From an uncultured Alphaproteobacteria bacterium (lineage in GTDB: Bacteria; Pseudomonadota; Alphaproteobacteria; TMED109), in contig CAYRXL010000001.1 of the NCBI GenBank assembly GCA_964428295.1, forward strand, positions 12,559 to 40,629: a stretch of DNA of 28,071 nucleotides, in the 5' to 3' direction. Of this stretch, positions 9,146 through 19,593 are shown one piece after another. Position 1 is the stretch's first letter, and every line of letters begins with the position of its first letter. Below the pieces are notes generated by a model that worked only from the letters and a program-made list of their open reading frames with translations, made no database searches and was not told where the DNA came from. The position numbers and the translations under genes are program-made.

Positions 9146-10645
9146 ATGAAAAATACAAACATTGCATCTGGAATAAGAAAAGTAAAAGAACTTGCTTCAA
9201 AGAATCCACTAGGACAACTACCTAGTAGCATTGAAGCTGAAGAGGCACTTCTAGGATCTATATTATTAGATAACTCCGGCTTTGATTATGTAGATAGTCA
9301 GTTAACCGAAAAACACTTTTACGTGCCAGTATTGGGAAGGATATTTGAAGCTATAAAAACATTAATTGAGAAAGGTCAAGTTGCTGACCCTGTCACCTTA
9401 GCTCAATACTTTGAAAATGATAATACTCTTGTAGAAATAGGAGGAACCGTATACTTAAACCAATTAACTGAAGGTAGCAGAGGTATTACAGCGGTAGCAG
9501 ATTATTCAAAAATTATTATAGATTTATCAACTAAACGTAACCTTTATAGAATAGGTAATGAAGTCGCTTCCGATGCAAGAAATGCAAATATTGAACAAAC
9601 AGCCAACGATCAAATTGAAGAAGCAGAAAGAAAATTATTTTTACTCACAGAACAGGATGGTAATAGCGATAGTTCTCTCAAACCATTTAAAAATAGTTTA
9701 ATTATGGCCATTAATTCAGCAGAGAAGGCTCATAATAGCAAAGGAAATTTATCTGGTATATCAACAGGCTTTTCATCCATAGACAATCTATTAGGAGGAT
9801 TTCACAAATCTGATTTGATAGTTTTAGCAGGACGACCATCAATGGGAAAAACGGCTTTAGCAACAAACATTGCATTTACAGCATCAAAAAAAGATCAATC
9901 CCAATCAGGTATAGTTGCACTGTTTTCTCTTGAAATGTCAGATGAGCAATTAGCCAATAGAATTCTTGCTGAACAAGCAAATATAGCTTCTGATTCTATT
10001 AGAAGAGGTATACTATCAAATGAAAATTTCACAAATTTAGTTAATGCAAGTAATAACCTATCTGGAAGAGGATTATATATTGATGATACCCCAGCTATAT
10101 CCATATCTCAACTGAGAACAAGAGCTAGAAGATTAAAAAGAAAGAATGATAACAACCTAGATTTAATTGTAGTAGATTATCTTCAGCTTATGCAAAATAA
10201 AAAACGTAATGAAAATAGAGTTCAAGAGATTTCTGAAATCACCCAAGGTCTAAAATCAGTTGCAAAAGATCTAAATGTACCTGTATTAGCTTTATCACAA
10301 CTATCTAGAGCAGTAGAACAAAGAGAGGATAAGAGACCATATTTATCTGATCTAAGAGAATCGGGAACTATTGAACAAGATGCAGATGTGGTTATGTTCA
10401 TATATAGGCAGGAATATTATGAAGAAAGGTCGGAACCAAAATCTCAAGGTTCTGAAACATCTATAGCTTTTGAGGATAGGTATAACAAATGGCAAGAAAA
10501 TCTTGCAAAATGCAAAAATTTAGCAGAAGTAATAGTTGCTAAACAAAGGCACGGTCCAATTGGAACTGTTCAATTACATTTTGAATCAAAATTTACTAGA
10601 TTCTCAGATCATACAAAGAAAAGTGATCAACCTACTAAACTATGA
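9146..10645 (+). CDS. dnaB: Replicative DNA helicase DnaB
   Basis: IEAEEALLGS, AGRPSMGKT Walker A, FSLEMS, LYIDDTP, VVDYLQL Walker B, ALSQLSRAVEQR, SDLRESGTIEQDAD, KQRHGPIG. No intein visible. Confidence 0.99.
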   Translation: MKNTNIASGIRKVKELASKNPLGQLPSSIEAEEALLGSILLDNSGFDYVDSQLTEKHFYVPVLGRIFEAIKTLIEKGQVADPVTLAQYFENDNTLVEIGGTVYLNQLTEGSRGITAVADYSKIIIDLSTKRNLYRIGNEVASDARNANIEQTANDQIEEAERKLFLLTEQDGNSDSSLKPFKNSLIMAINSAEKAHNSKGNLSGISTGFSSIDNLLGGFHKSDLIVLAGRPSMGKTALATNIAFTASKKDQSQSGIVALFSLEMSDEQLANRILAEQANIASDSIRRGILSNENFTNLVNASNNLSGRGLYIDDTPAISISQLRTRARRLKRKNDNNLDLIVVDYLQLMQNKKRNENRVQEISEITQGLKSVAKDLNVPVLALSQLSRAVEQREDKRPYLSDLRESGTIEQDADVVMFIYRQEYYEERSEPKSQGSETSIAFEDRYNKWQENLAKCKNLAEVIVAKQRHGPIGTVQLHFESKFTRFSDHTKKSDQPTKL

Positions 10646-11754
10646 TGCGTACAAATGAAATAGAACAAAATTTAACACACCAAAGATCGTTATTATTAGT
10701 TAATCTATCTAACCTTATTGCAAACTGGAAATATATAAGTAAAAATACCAAACAAACTGAGGTAGCAGCAACAGTTAAAGCTAATGCATATGGCCTGGGC
10801 GTCCATCATGTTACTAATTCTTTAATAAATGAAGGATGTAGTACCTTCTTTGTAGCCAATGCTAAGGAAGCATTGGAGGTAAGGAATATAAATAAGGATA
10901 TAAAAATATATTTGTTAAATGGTACTAATAGTTTTAAAATTGCCAGCAAACTAGTTAAAAAAGATATAATAATAGTAGCCAATCAAATATATGACTTAAA
11001 AATACTAGAACAAGTAGCTCCTGAGACGATGAAAAAACTTCCATGCGCAATACATTTAGATACAGGAATGAATAGATTAGGACTAAGTGCTTCAGACTTG
11101 AAAGACTACGATTGTAGTAAATTTAACTCTTTATTGGAATTAAGACTGGTAATGTCTCACTTAGCTTGTTCTGAAGACAATAAATCTAATATGAACATTA
11201 CACAAGCTGATTTGTTTGACCACTTGACTAAAAAATTAGTAGCTGAATTTAATCCTCAATTGAGCTTAGCTAATTCGAATGGGATTTTTTTAGGAGAAAG
11301 ATATCATTATAATATGGTAAGAACAGGAGCAGCATTATATGGGATAAACAAACCAGATTATAATCAATGTATTAAAACAGTCGCCTCACTTTTTGCAAAA
11401 ATTATCCAAATAAGATATGTAGACAAAGGGAGGACAATTGGCTACGGTGCCAAATACAAAGCAAGAGAAAAAATGAAAATTGCAATACTAGAACTAGGAT
11501 ATGCTGATGGGCTACCAAGAAATTATAATGGGTTTGCATATATAAAAGGTAAAAAAGTACCATTCGTGGGAAACATATCTATGGATTCTAGTCATATTGA
11601 TGTAAGTAACATTAGTGATATCAATTTACAAGATATGGTTGAAATCTTTGGAAGTAATATATCTATTGATGATTCTGCTAAAAAATCAGAAACTATTGCA
11701 TATGAGATAATAAGTAGACTAGGAAGTAGAGTAAAAAGATCTTATAAAATTTAA
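10642..11754 (+). CDS. alr: Alanine racemase
   Basis: VKANAYGLG (PLP Lys), HLDTGMNRLG, MSHLAC, SLANS, TIGYG (catalytic Tyr region), GYADG, TIAYEI. ATGA overlap with dnaB. Confidence 0.94.
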   Translation: MMRTNEIEQNLTHQRSLLLVNLSNLIANWKYISKNTKQTEVAATVKANAYGLGVHHVTNSLINEGCSTFFVANAKEALEVRNINKDIKIYLLNGTNSFKIASKLVKKDIIIVANQIYDLKILEQVAPETMKKLPCAIHLDTGMNRLGLSASDLKDYDCSKFNSLLELRLVMSHLACSEDNKSNMNITQADLFDHLTKKLVAEFNPQLSLANSNGIFLGERYHYNMVRTGAALYGINKPDYNQCIKTVASLFAKIIQIRYVDKGRTIGYGAKYKAREKMKIAILELGYADGLPRNYNGFAYIKGKKVPFVGNISMDSSHIDVSNISDINLQDMVEIFGSNISIDDSAKKSETIAYEIISRLGSRVKRSYKI

Positions 11755-11781
11755 AATTTCATATTAGGAAATACAATTAAT

Positions 11782-12462
11782 ATGAGCGTATTAAATAGTT
11801 TAAATAGCTTCGATCTGATTTTAATAGTCTTTACATTGATATCGATATTATATGGATACTTTAGAGGACTAATAAAAGAAGTTTTTTCTATAACAACACT
11901 AATACTTTCTTGCCTATTTTCTTTCTACTTCTTTTCAGATATATCTACTCTTTTAAAAAAATATATAAGTGTGACACTGCTCGCAGATTCTCTTTCATTT
12001 GGAATTACTTTTATTGTTGTTTTTTCTATATTTAGTTTTATTAGTAGTTTTTTAACAAAACATATAAAAAGTTCTTCTTTAAGAATATTTGACAAGAATC
12101 TTGGAATTATATTTGGTGGATTAAGAGCATTTGTATTAGTATCTATATTATATATATTTACTAACTGGACACTTTGGACAAGCAACCCACCAGATTGGGT
12201 AACTAATTCGAAATCATTTCCTATAATAGATAATGGAGCTAAATTAATACTAAACCTAACACCAGAAAATACTTTAGACCAAGTAAGGAAAATTATTAAT
12301 TATAAAGACATCAATTTTAATAAAAACATAAAGGAAAACCATGAAGTAAGAAAGATTAGCGAACCTCCCTTAAATTCAAATAAGAAAAATAGTTCGGAGG
12401 GTTATAAAAAGAATGATAATGATGCTTTAGATAAGTTGATAAACATGGAAGATACTGAGTAA
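11782..12462 (+). CDS. cvpA: CvpA family (colicin V production) membrane protein
   Basis: FDLI...SILYGYFRGLIKEVFS, four TM segments, DKNLGIIFGGLRA, position immediately upstream of purF. Confidence 0.92.
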   Translation: MSVLNSLNSFDLILIVFTLISILYGYFRGLIKEVFSITTLILSCLFSFYFFSDISTLLKKYISVTLLADSLSFGITFIVVFSIFSFISSFLTKHIKSSSLRIFDKNLGIIFGGLRAFVLVSILYIFTNWTLWTSNPPDWVTNSKSFPIIDNGAKLILNLTPENTLDQVRKIINYKDINFNKNIKENHEVRKISEPPLNSNKKNSSEGYKKNDNDALDKLINMEDTE

Positions 12463-12484
12463 ATATTTATATAGTTAAAGGATT

Positions 12485-13939
12485 ATGAAAAGTGATATAG
12501 ATAAATTTAGAGATGAGTGTGGTGTGTTTGGAATGTTTGGTCATTCTGAAGCCTCGACGCATGTAGCATTAGGTTTACATGCCCTTCAACACAGAGGACA
12601 AGAAGCTGCTGGAGTTGTTTCATTTGATGGCAAGCAATTTCATTCCCATAAAGGAATAGGTTTGGTATCAGAAAACTTTACAAATCAGGATGTGATGTCT
12701 TCTATAGTTGGAGAATGCGCTATAGGACATAACAGATATTCTACTAGCGGAGAAAAAACTCTATTAAGAAATGTACAGCCACTTTTTGCAGATATCTTAT
12801 CAGGAGGAATAGCAATATCTCACAATGGAAATATTACAAATTCTACTTTACTCAGAAACAAATTAACCAAACAAGGGTGTATATTTCAATCCACAATGGA
12901 TACAGAAGTAATAATACATCTTATCGCAACATCCTCATACAAGGAACTTCTCGATAAAGTTATAGATGCCTTAAATCAATTAGAAGGAGCATATTCTTTA
13001 CTAATACTAACTAATGAAGGAGGAATTTGTGCTAGAGATCCATTTGGAATTAGACCACTAGTCCTAGGAGAAGTGGAAACGGCTACAATTATCTCTTCTG
13101 AAACTTGCGCTCTAGATATTATTGGCGCTAAATACATAAGAGACATAGAACCAGGAGAAATTGTTACTATTACAAAAAATGAATATAAGAGTTTAAAGGG
13201 ACTGCTAAAACCAATCAGAAAACATTTTTGTATTTTTGAATATATTTACTTCTCAAGGCCAGATAGCATTTTAGATGGAAAGAATGTATATGAAGTAAGA
13301 AAAAATATTGGAATCCAGTTAGCAAAAGAGTCAGCAGTTAAGGCAGATATTATAGTTCCTGTTCCCGATTCAGGAGTTCCTGCTTCTATCGGCTATGCTT
13401 CCTACTCTGGCATTCCCTTCGATTTAGGAATTATAAGAAGTCATTATATAGGAAGAACTTTCATACAACCTACTGACTCGATAAGACACTTAGAGATTAA
13501 ACTAAAGCACAATGCAAACACATATTTATTGAAAGATAAAAAAGTAATATTAGTGGATGATAGTATAGTAAGAGGAACTACATCTATAAAAATAGTAGAA
13601 ATGATAAGGAAAAGTGGAGCAAGTGAAATTCATATGCGCATTGCAAGCCCCCCTATAACAAATAGTTGTTTTTACGGAATTGATACTCCCGAAAAAAATG
13701 AATTATTAGCTTCAAAAATGAATCCTACAAAAATGGCAGAATACATAGGAGTGGATTCCCTTGCATTTATATCTCTTGAAGGGCTTTATTATGCAATTAA
13801 TAAAAATAAACAAAAGAAATCTTTGGATTTTTGTGATGCGTGCTTTACAGGCAATTACCCTATAAGATTATCGGATCAACAGGACATTAAAGAACCAGGA
13901 TTACTTTCACTATTAAATGAATCAAAAGATAACAGATAG
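12485..13939 (+). CDS. purF: Amidophosphoribosyltransferase (propeptide, Fe-S type)
   Basis: DE|CGVFG, LHALQHRGQEAAG, GHNRYST, HNGNITN, RDPFGIRPL, CIFEYIYFSRPDS, VDDSIVRGTT PRPP loop, SCFYG and CDACF cysteines. Confidence 0.99.
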   Translation: MKSDIDKFRDECGVFGMFGHSEASTHVALGLHALQHRGQEAAGVVSFDGKQFHSHKGIGLVSENFTNQDVMSSIVGECAIGHNRYSTSGEKTLLRNVQPLFADILSGGIAISHNGNITNSTLLRNKLTKQGCIFQSTMDTEVIIHLIATSSYKELLDKVIDALNQLEGAYSLLILTNEGGICARDPFGIRPLVLGEVETATIISSETCALDIIGAKYIRDIEPGEIVTITKNEYKSLKGLLKPIRKHFCIFEYIYFSRPDSILDGKNVYEVRKNIGIQLAKESAVKADIIVPVPDSGVPASIGYASYSGIPFDLGIIRSHYIGRTFIQPTDSIRHLEIKLKHNANTYLLKDKKVILVDDSIVRGTTSIKIVEMIRKSGASEIHMRIASPPITNSCFYGIDTPEKNELLASKMNPTKMAEYIGVDSLAFISLEGLYYAINKNKQKKSLDFCDACFTGNYPIRLSDQQDIKEPGLLSLLNESKDNR

Positions 13940-13945
13940 AGACAT

Positions 13946-15289
13946 CTACCTTTTAATATAAGGATTATCTGCCTTTTTATAAATTATTCTTATTGGAACC
14001 CCTTCAAAACCAAATTTATTTCGCAAGTTATTAGTCAAAAACCTTTTAAAAGACTTTCTAATATCATTTGGAAAATTACAAAAAATTAAGAACGTTGGTG
14101 GTCTAATATTTATCTGCATTACATATCTTAATTTTATAGATTTTCCAGAAAGTTTGTGATAGGGAGAAAGATAACTTATTTCATTCAGCCAGTTATTTAA
14201 AGAAGAAGTTGTTATCCTTTTATTCCACAATTCATAGCAAACATTTATTTTCTTAATTAAATTACTCTTCCCTGTCCCCTTGAGAGCAGATGTTTTTACT
14301 AAAACCAATCCTTTAATTTGAGATAAAGAGGTTTTAATACTATCTGAAGCTTTTTTTAATTGTAATTTAGGATTCTTTACCAAATCCCATTTGTTCAACA
14401 CTATTAACAAAGCCCTTCCTTCCTCCTCTGCATAACGTGCTATTGCAAGATCTTGGTTTGAAAATAATTCTGTACTATCTACAACCAATAGCACCACATT
14501 AGCATATCTAATTTCTCTTCTTGATACATATGATGTCATTTCTTCCAATTGGTTTATTACTTTTGATTTTCTTCTTAATCCTGCTGTATCTACCATCACA
14601 AAATTGTCATTATCTAAAGTTATGTTAGTTTCTACTGAATCTCTTGTTAAACCTGGTTCTGGACCAGTAATTGACCTATAATATCCATTAATAAGATTAA
14701 ATAATGTCGATTTTCCAGTATTTGGCTTACCAACTATAACTAGCCTTATACCTTTAGAATCATCTTTATTTTCTGTTATTGTTCTCTGAGAAAAGTATTT
14801 TGGAAAAATTACTTCAAAACATTCCTTCAAATCTTCAAATCCAAAGTAGTTCTTAGCAGAAATCATTATAGGTAATCCAAAACCCAGTTCATTCCCTATA
14901 AATTCTTTATTTTTTGCAGACTTAAGTTCACACTTGTTGGCAACTAATATAACTTTTTTATTTTGGAGTCTTATAAACTTTGAAATTTCTATATCTTCTG
15001 AAGTGAGTTCCTTCGTAGCATCAATTAGAAATAATATAATATTAGAAAAACTTATTATTTTTTTAATATTATTGTGAGAATAAGAACTTTTTAAATTTAA
15101 ATTTTCTAATCCTGCAGTATCTATAATGCTAATTGGCATATTTATGATAATACCTTCAGAAATCTGGTAATCTCTTGTTAATCCTGAAATACTGTCAACC
15201 AGAGATTTTTTTTTAATAGATATTCTATTGTAAAGTGTAGACTTGCCTACATTAGGCCTTCCTAATATTATAGCTACAGGTTTTTGCAC
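13946..15289 (-). CDS. der: Ribosome biogenesis GTPase Der/EngA
   Basis: Tandem GTPase domains (GRPNVGKS/DTAG/NKCE and GKPNTGKS/DTAGLRRK/NKWD) plus KH-like tail (PPTFLIF, GVPIRI). GTG start. Confidence 0.96.
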   Translation of the reverse strand: MQKPVAIILGRPNVGKSTLYNRISIKKKSLVDSISGLTRDYQISEGIIINMPISIIDTAGLENLNLKSSYSHNNIKKIISFSNIILFLIDATKELTSEDIEISKFIRLQNKKVILVANKCELKSAKNKEFIGNELGFGLPIMISAKNYFGFEDLKECFEVIFPKYFSQRTITENKDDSKGIRLVIVGKPNTGKSTLFNLINGYYRSITGPEPGLTRDSVETNITLDNDNFVMVDTAGLRRKSKVINQLEEMTSYVSRREIRYANVVLLVVDSTELFSNQDLAIARYAEEEGRALLIVLNKWDLVKNPKLQLKKASDSIKTSLSQIKGLVLVKTSALKGTGKSNLIKKINVCYELWNKRITTSSLNNWLNEISYLSPYHKLSGKSIKLRYVMQINIRPPTFLIFCNFPNDIRKSFKRFLTNNLRNKFGFEGVPIRIIYKKADNPYIKR

Positions 15290-15293
15290 AATA

Positions 15294-16619
15294 TTATTTT
15301 AAAGAAATAATATCTGAGTCTCTAGTTAAAATAAGTAGATTCTCAGATGAGGCTATTGCAGAACTAGCAGGATAACCTGGAAGTCTAGCTACTTTTTCTA
15401 TAATACCATCTGCTGGATTCATTCTTATAATAAGTTTTTCTCCCCCTGCAATAATTAATTTCCCTCTTAATAGTAATGGAGAAAACCACCTGCCTTTTGC
15501 TTTTTTACCAAGTCCATCACTTAGAGAAGTTACCCACCTATAATTACCCGTTAATTTATCAATACAAACAACTTCATTTGATAAAGTCACCAAAAACATT
15601 GAATTACCTATTACAACAGGAGTTTCAGTGGTAGAGATTTTTTTTTCCCATAATCTTAAGCCCGTTCTTCGATCTATAGCTACCAGTTTTCCAGAAACAC
15701 TTGCTACTATAATCATTTCTTTTTCTATTACAGGCCCTGCATCAATATCCGTTAACTCATTAGAAACATCTATCTTACCCGTATCGACAAGGCTATCAGA
15801 CCATGCTTCACTTCCGTTATTAAGCCTTAGTGCAAACACTTCTCCATTGGAATAAGGGACAACTACTATGTCAGAATCAGCGGCAGGCGTTGGAGTTGTC
15901 ATAAGCGTAGTAAGACTGTAGCTCCCTTCATGCCTCCAAAGTTCTTCCCCATTATTCTGACCTAATGCTAGCAACTTATTATTTAGTGTTAAAATAAGAA
16001 TTTTATCTTCTACTAAAGTAGGGGCTGCTCTAATTGGAAAACCAATATTTTTTTTCCAATCTTTCTGTCCTGTATCTATATTTATAGAAAAAATCTCACC
16101 GTATGATGTGCTTACATAAATTTTTTGTTTATTAGCAGCTAAGCCTCCTCCTATACTTGCACTTCTTTTCTCATTCTCAGGCCTTAGATCTATCCTCCAG
16201 ATTAAATTTTGGCTTGTTAAATTAAACGCCCTCAAAGTTGCAGATGCATCCAAACTAAATATATTATTACCTATAATTACTGGTTGCGATAAAATCCTAG
16301 TCTCATCATTTTCACCTTTCCCAGCATTAGTTTTCTTGAAAACCCTCAGATCATTTGATAAATCAATATTTGCTGAGCTATGAAGTGAATTTCTATTTTG
16401 CTGGGGCCAATCATCTATTTTCTGCGCCTCAGGTATAACAATCCTACTACCTTTAGCTAAGTTATTATTTGATATAATACCTTCTGTATCTAGTATAGAT
16501 ATTCTTTCTCCTTTTAATTTTTTTTCATATTCTTTAAAACCTAACCACCCTAAACCTGATGAAGAGCAGGAACTAAGAAATGCAAGTAAGAAAAAAATAA
16601 CTATATGTTTTATAATCAT
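15294..16619 (-). CDS. PQQ-like beta-propeller outer-membrane lipoprotein (BamB-like)
   Basis: Lipobox (LAFLSS|C), repeated propeller motifs (GGGLA, AAPT, GEVFAL...G...WSD, GPVI, ETPVV), conserved YfgM-BamB-der order. ATG at 16619 (AGAGGA 6 nt upstream) preferred to the track's TTG at 16640. Confidence 0.85.
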   Translation of the reverse strand: MIIKHIVIFFLLAFLSSCSSSGLGWLGFKEYEKKLKGERISILDTEGIISNNNLAKGSRIVIPEAQKIDDWPQQNRNSLHSSANIDLSNDLRVFKKTNAGKGENDETRILSQPVIIGNNIFSLDASATLRAFNLTSQNLIWRIDLRPENEKRSASIGGGLAANKQKIYVSTSYGEIFSINIDTGQKDWKKNIGFPIRAAPTLVEDKILILTLNNKLLALGQNNGEELWRHEGSYSLTTLMTTPTPAADSDIVVVPYSNGEVFALRLNNGSEAWSDSLVDTGKIDVSNELTDIDAGPVIEKEMIIVASVSGKLVAIDRRTGLRLWEKKISTTETPVVIGNSMFLVTLSNEVVCIDKLTGNYRWVTSLSDGLGKKAKGRWFSPLLLRGKLIIAGGEKLIIRMNPADGIIEKVARLPGYPASSAIASSENLLILTRDSDIISLK

Positions 16620-16629
16620 TAACATTCCT

Positions 16630-17271
16630 CTATTTTTCAAGATAATCTAGCATTTGCCCTGACCTAACTCTACCGCCTGGGGTTGTGGATTCATCATCAA
16701 CTATCATTTTAAAAATTTTCTTTGCTCCATCATAATCTTTTTCTATGATACTGCTGTAACCACTTAACTCAAATCCAAGCATATTCCAATATGTTCCAAA
16801 ACTACTTATTTTTTTTATCCTTATCTTTAGTTTTTCTGTTTCTTCTCCATTTAGCAAATAAAGAGCTGAGATAAAATATGATAATTTATAAATTGGATCT
16901 TTTTCTGATAGGGAATCTAAACTATCATCTATGATCTGCACAGCAAAAACAACATCACCATCATCAGCAAACAAGCTCGCCAAACTCAAGCTGGACAAAA
17001 TAGAATAACCTTTTATATCGTCTTCTATTAAAGATTCTAATATAGTTTTTGCCTCATTGTTATCTTCATAAACAAAATTAAGCGCCTTAATATACTTTTC
17101 TGCTACTAATAACAATTCTTTATCTTTGTTAGATTTATACGATAAAATAGAAACTATCAATAAGGTGATCCCTAAAACAATTCCTAAGAACCAATACCTA
17201 TACTTCAACCATAAAGCCTTATATTTATCAATTTGAACTTCCTCATTTACTTCAGAAAAAATATCACTCAT
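16630..17271 (-). CDS. YfgM-like / tetratricopeptide membrane-anchored protein
   Basis: MSDIFSEVNEEV...KALW.KY N-terminus, single TM, GYSILSSLSLA helical repeat region, position upstream of the BamB-like gene and der. Confidence 0.82.
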   Translation of the reverse strand: MSDIFSEVNEEVQIDKYKALWLKYRYWFLGIVLGITLLIVSILSYKSNKDKELLLVAEKYIKALNFVYEDNNEAKTILESLIEDDIKGYSILSSLSLASLFADDGDVVFAVQIIDDSLDSLSEKDPIYKLSYFISALYLLNGEETEKLKIRIKKISSFGTYWNMLGFELSGYSSIIEKDYDGAKKIFKMIVDDESTTPGGRVRSGQMLDYLEK

Positions 17272-17398
17272 CCTTACACTCCAACACTAATCTTAATATT
17301 TTATTCAAAATTGTAAAAACTAATAATTTCCTGAACTATTAACTTATAACTGTTTTAATCTAAGTAAATATATTAGTTATTTAATACAAGTTTATTTA

Positions 17399-18151
17399 TT
17401 ATCCCCTACCTACAAAAGGCATGCTATTTGCCATTATAGTCATATTTAGAACATTAGCATTCAGAGGGAGATTAAAAATGTATAGTATTGATTTTGCTAC
17501 GTCTTCAGCATTCATCACTGGCTCCGCCAAAACTTCACCGCTTGGTTGTTTTACTCCTAGCTTTATTTTCTTAGTCATTGGAGTTTCAGCATTTCCTATA
17601 TCAATCTGACTACAAGCTATGTTATATTTCCTTCCATCCAAAGAAAGAGTCTTAGTCATACCACTTATTGCATGTTTGGTTGTTGTATAGGGTACGGATC
17701 CTGGACGAGGTGCCATAGCAGAAATAGACCCATTGTTAATTATACGTCCTCCTTTAGGGTTTTGATTTTTCATTATCTTAAAAGCATATTTAGCACATAA
17801 GAACATACCGTGTAAATTTACATCCACTACAGACTTCCATTCTTCAAAAGTTATCTCATCAATGGTTTTTGGGCTACTACTAGTTCCCGCATTATTAAAT
17901 AATAGATCTAACCTTCCATGATTTGTATATATATCTTCAAATACCTCTTCTACTTGAGATTCTTTACTTACATCTAAGGATCTAACTATTGGCTTTCCAG
18001 AATATCCTTTATTCAATGACACCTCTTCTGTTTCTTTCAGTTTTTCAACACGTCTACCCGATAAATATACAGTTACTCCCTCTTTTAAAAGAGCCAAAGA
18101 AGCTGCTTTACCAACCCCTGTACCTGCTCCTGTTATTAATGCAATTTTCAT
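17399..18151 (-). CDS. Short-chain dehydrogenase/reductase, substrate unknown
   Basis: TGAGTGVG, FNNAG, NNGSISA, YTTTK (YxxxK), SQIDIGNA. Confidence 0.92.
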   Translation of the reverse strand: MKIALITGAGTGVGKAASLALLKEGVTVYLSGRRVEKLKETEEVSLNKGYSGKPIVRSLDVSKESQVEEVFEDIYTNHGRLDLLFNNAGTSSSPKTIDEITFEEWKSVVDVNLHGMFLCAKYAFKIMKNQNPKGGRIINNGSISAMAPRPGSVPYTTTKHAISGMTKTLSLDGRKYNIACSQIDIGNAETPMTKKIKLGVKQPSGEVLAEPVMNAEDVAKSILYIFNLPLNANVLNMTIMANSMPFVGRG

Positions 18152-18201
18152 TTATTTAGCTCACAATTAAAAGATATTCAAATACTCATATATGTTACAC
18201 T

Positions 18202-19593
18202 TTAAGATTGATAATTCAAATAATTCTTTCTCCACAAATAAGATCCTAGTATATAACAGAAAGCCAAAGCAGACATCCACCAAAACTGCCATAAACCAAA
18301 ACTAGATTGACCTATTATAAATGCTGAAAATAAACTTAAACTAAGCAGTGAAAATTCAATTCTTTTATCATTAGACAAGAAAGAGATTAAAATCCAAATT
18401 CTAGATAAGAAAATAATAAATATAATTATTCCTAAGAGTCCCAGTTCAAGCCATATTTGTAAGACATGGTTATGAGGATGAAGAGGTAATAAAAGAAGTG
18501 GATCATTCCTATAGTCAAAAGCATAACTATTTTTTCCTATAAACCTTGAACTGGTCAAGCCATAACCCTTGAAAGGATTTTCTAATATTTTATTTTTAGA
18601 AAAATTCCAAATCAAATCTCTATGTAAAAATTTCTGTTGGCAAATGATTAAAGCTTCATAGAGCCTTAATGTAATAGTATTAGTAAAATCCTTTGAAGGA
18701 ACACTCCTTATTTGATAATTAGTAACAATTCTTTTTTGATCTAAAACCAGTTCTTTAACAGGAAGTATCTCTTTTGTTGTATGACCTAACAAAAAAGGTG
18801 CAGAAACTATATATATTATAGAAAGAAAAAGAATAATCGTTGTAATTATTCTACCTATAAATATTGTACCAATGAAAACAAGAGATCCTAAAAATATTAC
18901 TACTTTCAAAGTCACACTATCTCCTAAAAGAACCGCAATAAAGACCAACAGCAATAATAGAATAGAATATAATCTCTTTTTCCAATTTAAGGCATCTACT
19001 ATAGGACACAAACCTAATAAATCATTTAAACTTCTATTATAGTGGCCAGAAGAACTACCCATTAAGCCAGCCGTATATTTAGTGTTGTATTCTTTCCACC
19101 CAAGAAAACTTGCGTTACTATGATCTCCATTACTAAAAAATATGTCAAAACTATATGAAAACCATGGTTTTATTCCAAGATTAAATCCTAAATCAAGCAC
19201 AACAAATAAAGAAACAATTAAGATAGATAAGTATAAATATGAAAATTTCTTATCTATATCTCTTATCTTATCTAAAGAGTAATATATAGAAACTGTACTA
19301 AATAATAGAACAATAAAGCTAGTAGAAGTACGTAAGGCATGCTTTGGCTCAGGTGTCCAATAAATAGTAACTAAAGATAAAATCACCAGTGATAACATTG
19401 AAAATATAATGAATTTGTCAACCTTAATAAACTTTCTTATTGTGTTTTTACTAAAAAAACTAACAATACCAGTTAAAACTAAGGGTATCCAAAGTGCCAT
19501 AGGAGCAAATATAAATATTGGCGGTACAATAAGCATGCTTATAGTAAATAATTTGTTTATAGTGCCTGTGTGTATATTGTTATATGTAGTCAT
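18202..19593 (-). CDS. O-antigen ligase (WaaL/Wzy_C)-like polytopic membrane protein
   Basis: Roughly 10-12 hydrophobic segments; periplasmic loop ending RDLIW...NPFKGYG...LHPHNHVLQIWLELGLLG, typical of Wzy_C/O-antigen ligase proteins. Confidence 0.85.
   Translation of the reverse strand: MTTYNNIHTGTINKLFTISMLIVPPIFIFAPMALWIPLVLTGIVSFFSKNTIRKFIKVDKFIIFSMLSLVILSLVTIYWTPEPKHALRTSTSFIVLLFSTVSIYYSLDKIRDIDKKFSYLYLSILIVSLFVVLDLGFNLGIKPWFSYSFDIFFSNGDHSNASFLGWKEYNTKYTAGLMGSSSGHYNRSLNDLLGLCPIVDALNWKKRLYSILLLLLVFIAVLLGDSVTLKVVIFLGSLVFIGTIFIGRIITTIILFLSIIYIVSAPFLLGHTTKEILPVKELVLDQKRIVTNYQIRSVPSKDFTNTITLRLYEALIICQQKFLHRDLIWNFSKNKILENPFKGYGLTSSRFIGKNSYAFDYRNDPLLLLPLHPHNHVLQIWLELGLLGIIIFIIFLSRIWILISFLSNDKRIEFSLLSLSLFSAFIIGQSSFGLWQFWWMSALAFCYILGSYLWRKNYLNYQS

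Noticed and set aside
12250-12462. Soluble C-terminal extension on CvpA
   Set aside because: Such tails are, to my knowledge, common in alphaproteobacterial CvpA proteins; no distinct domain visible.
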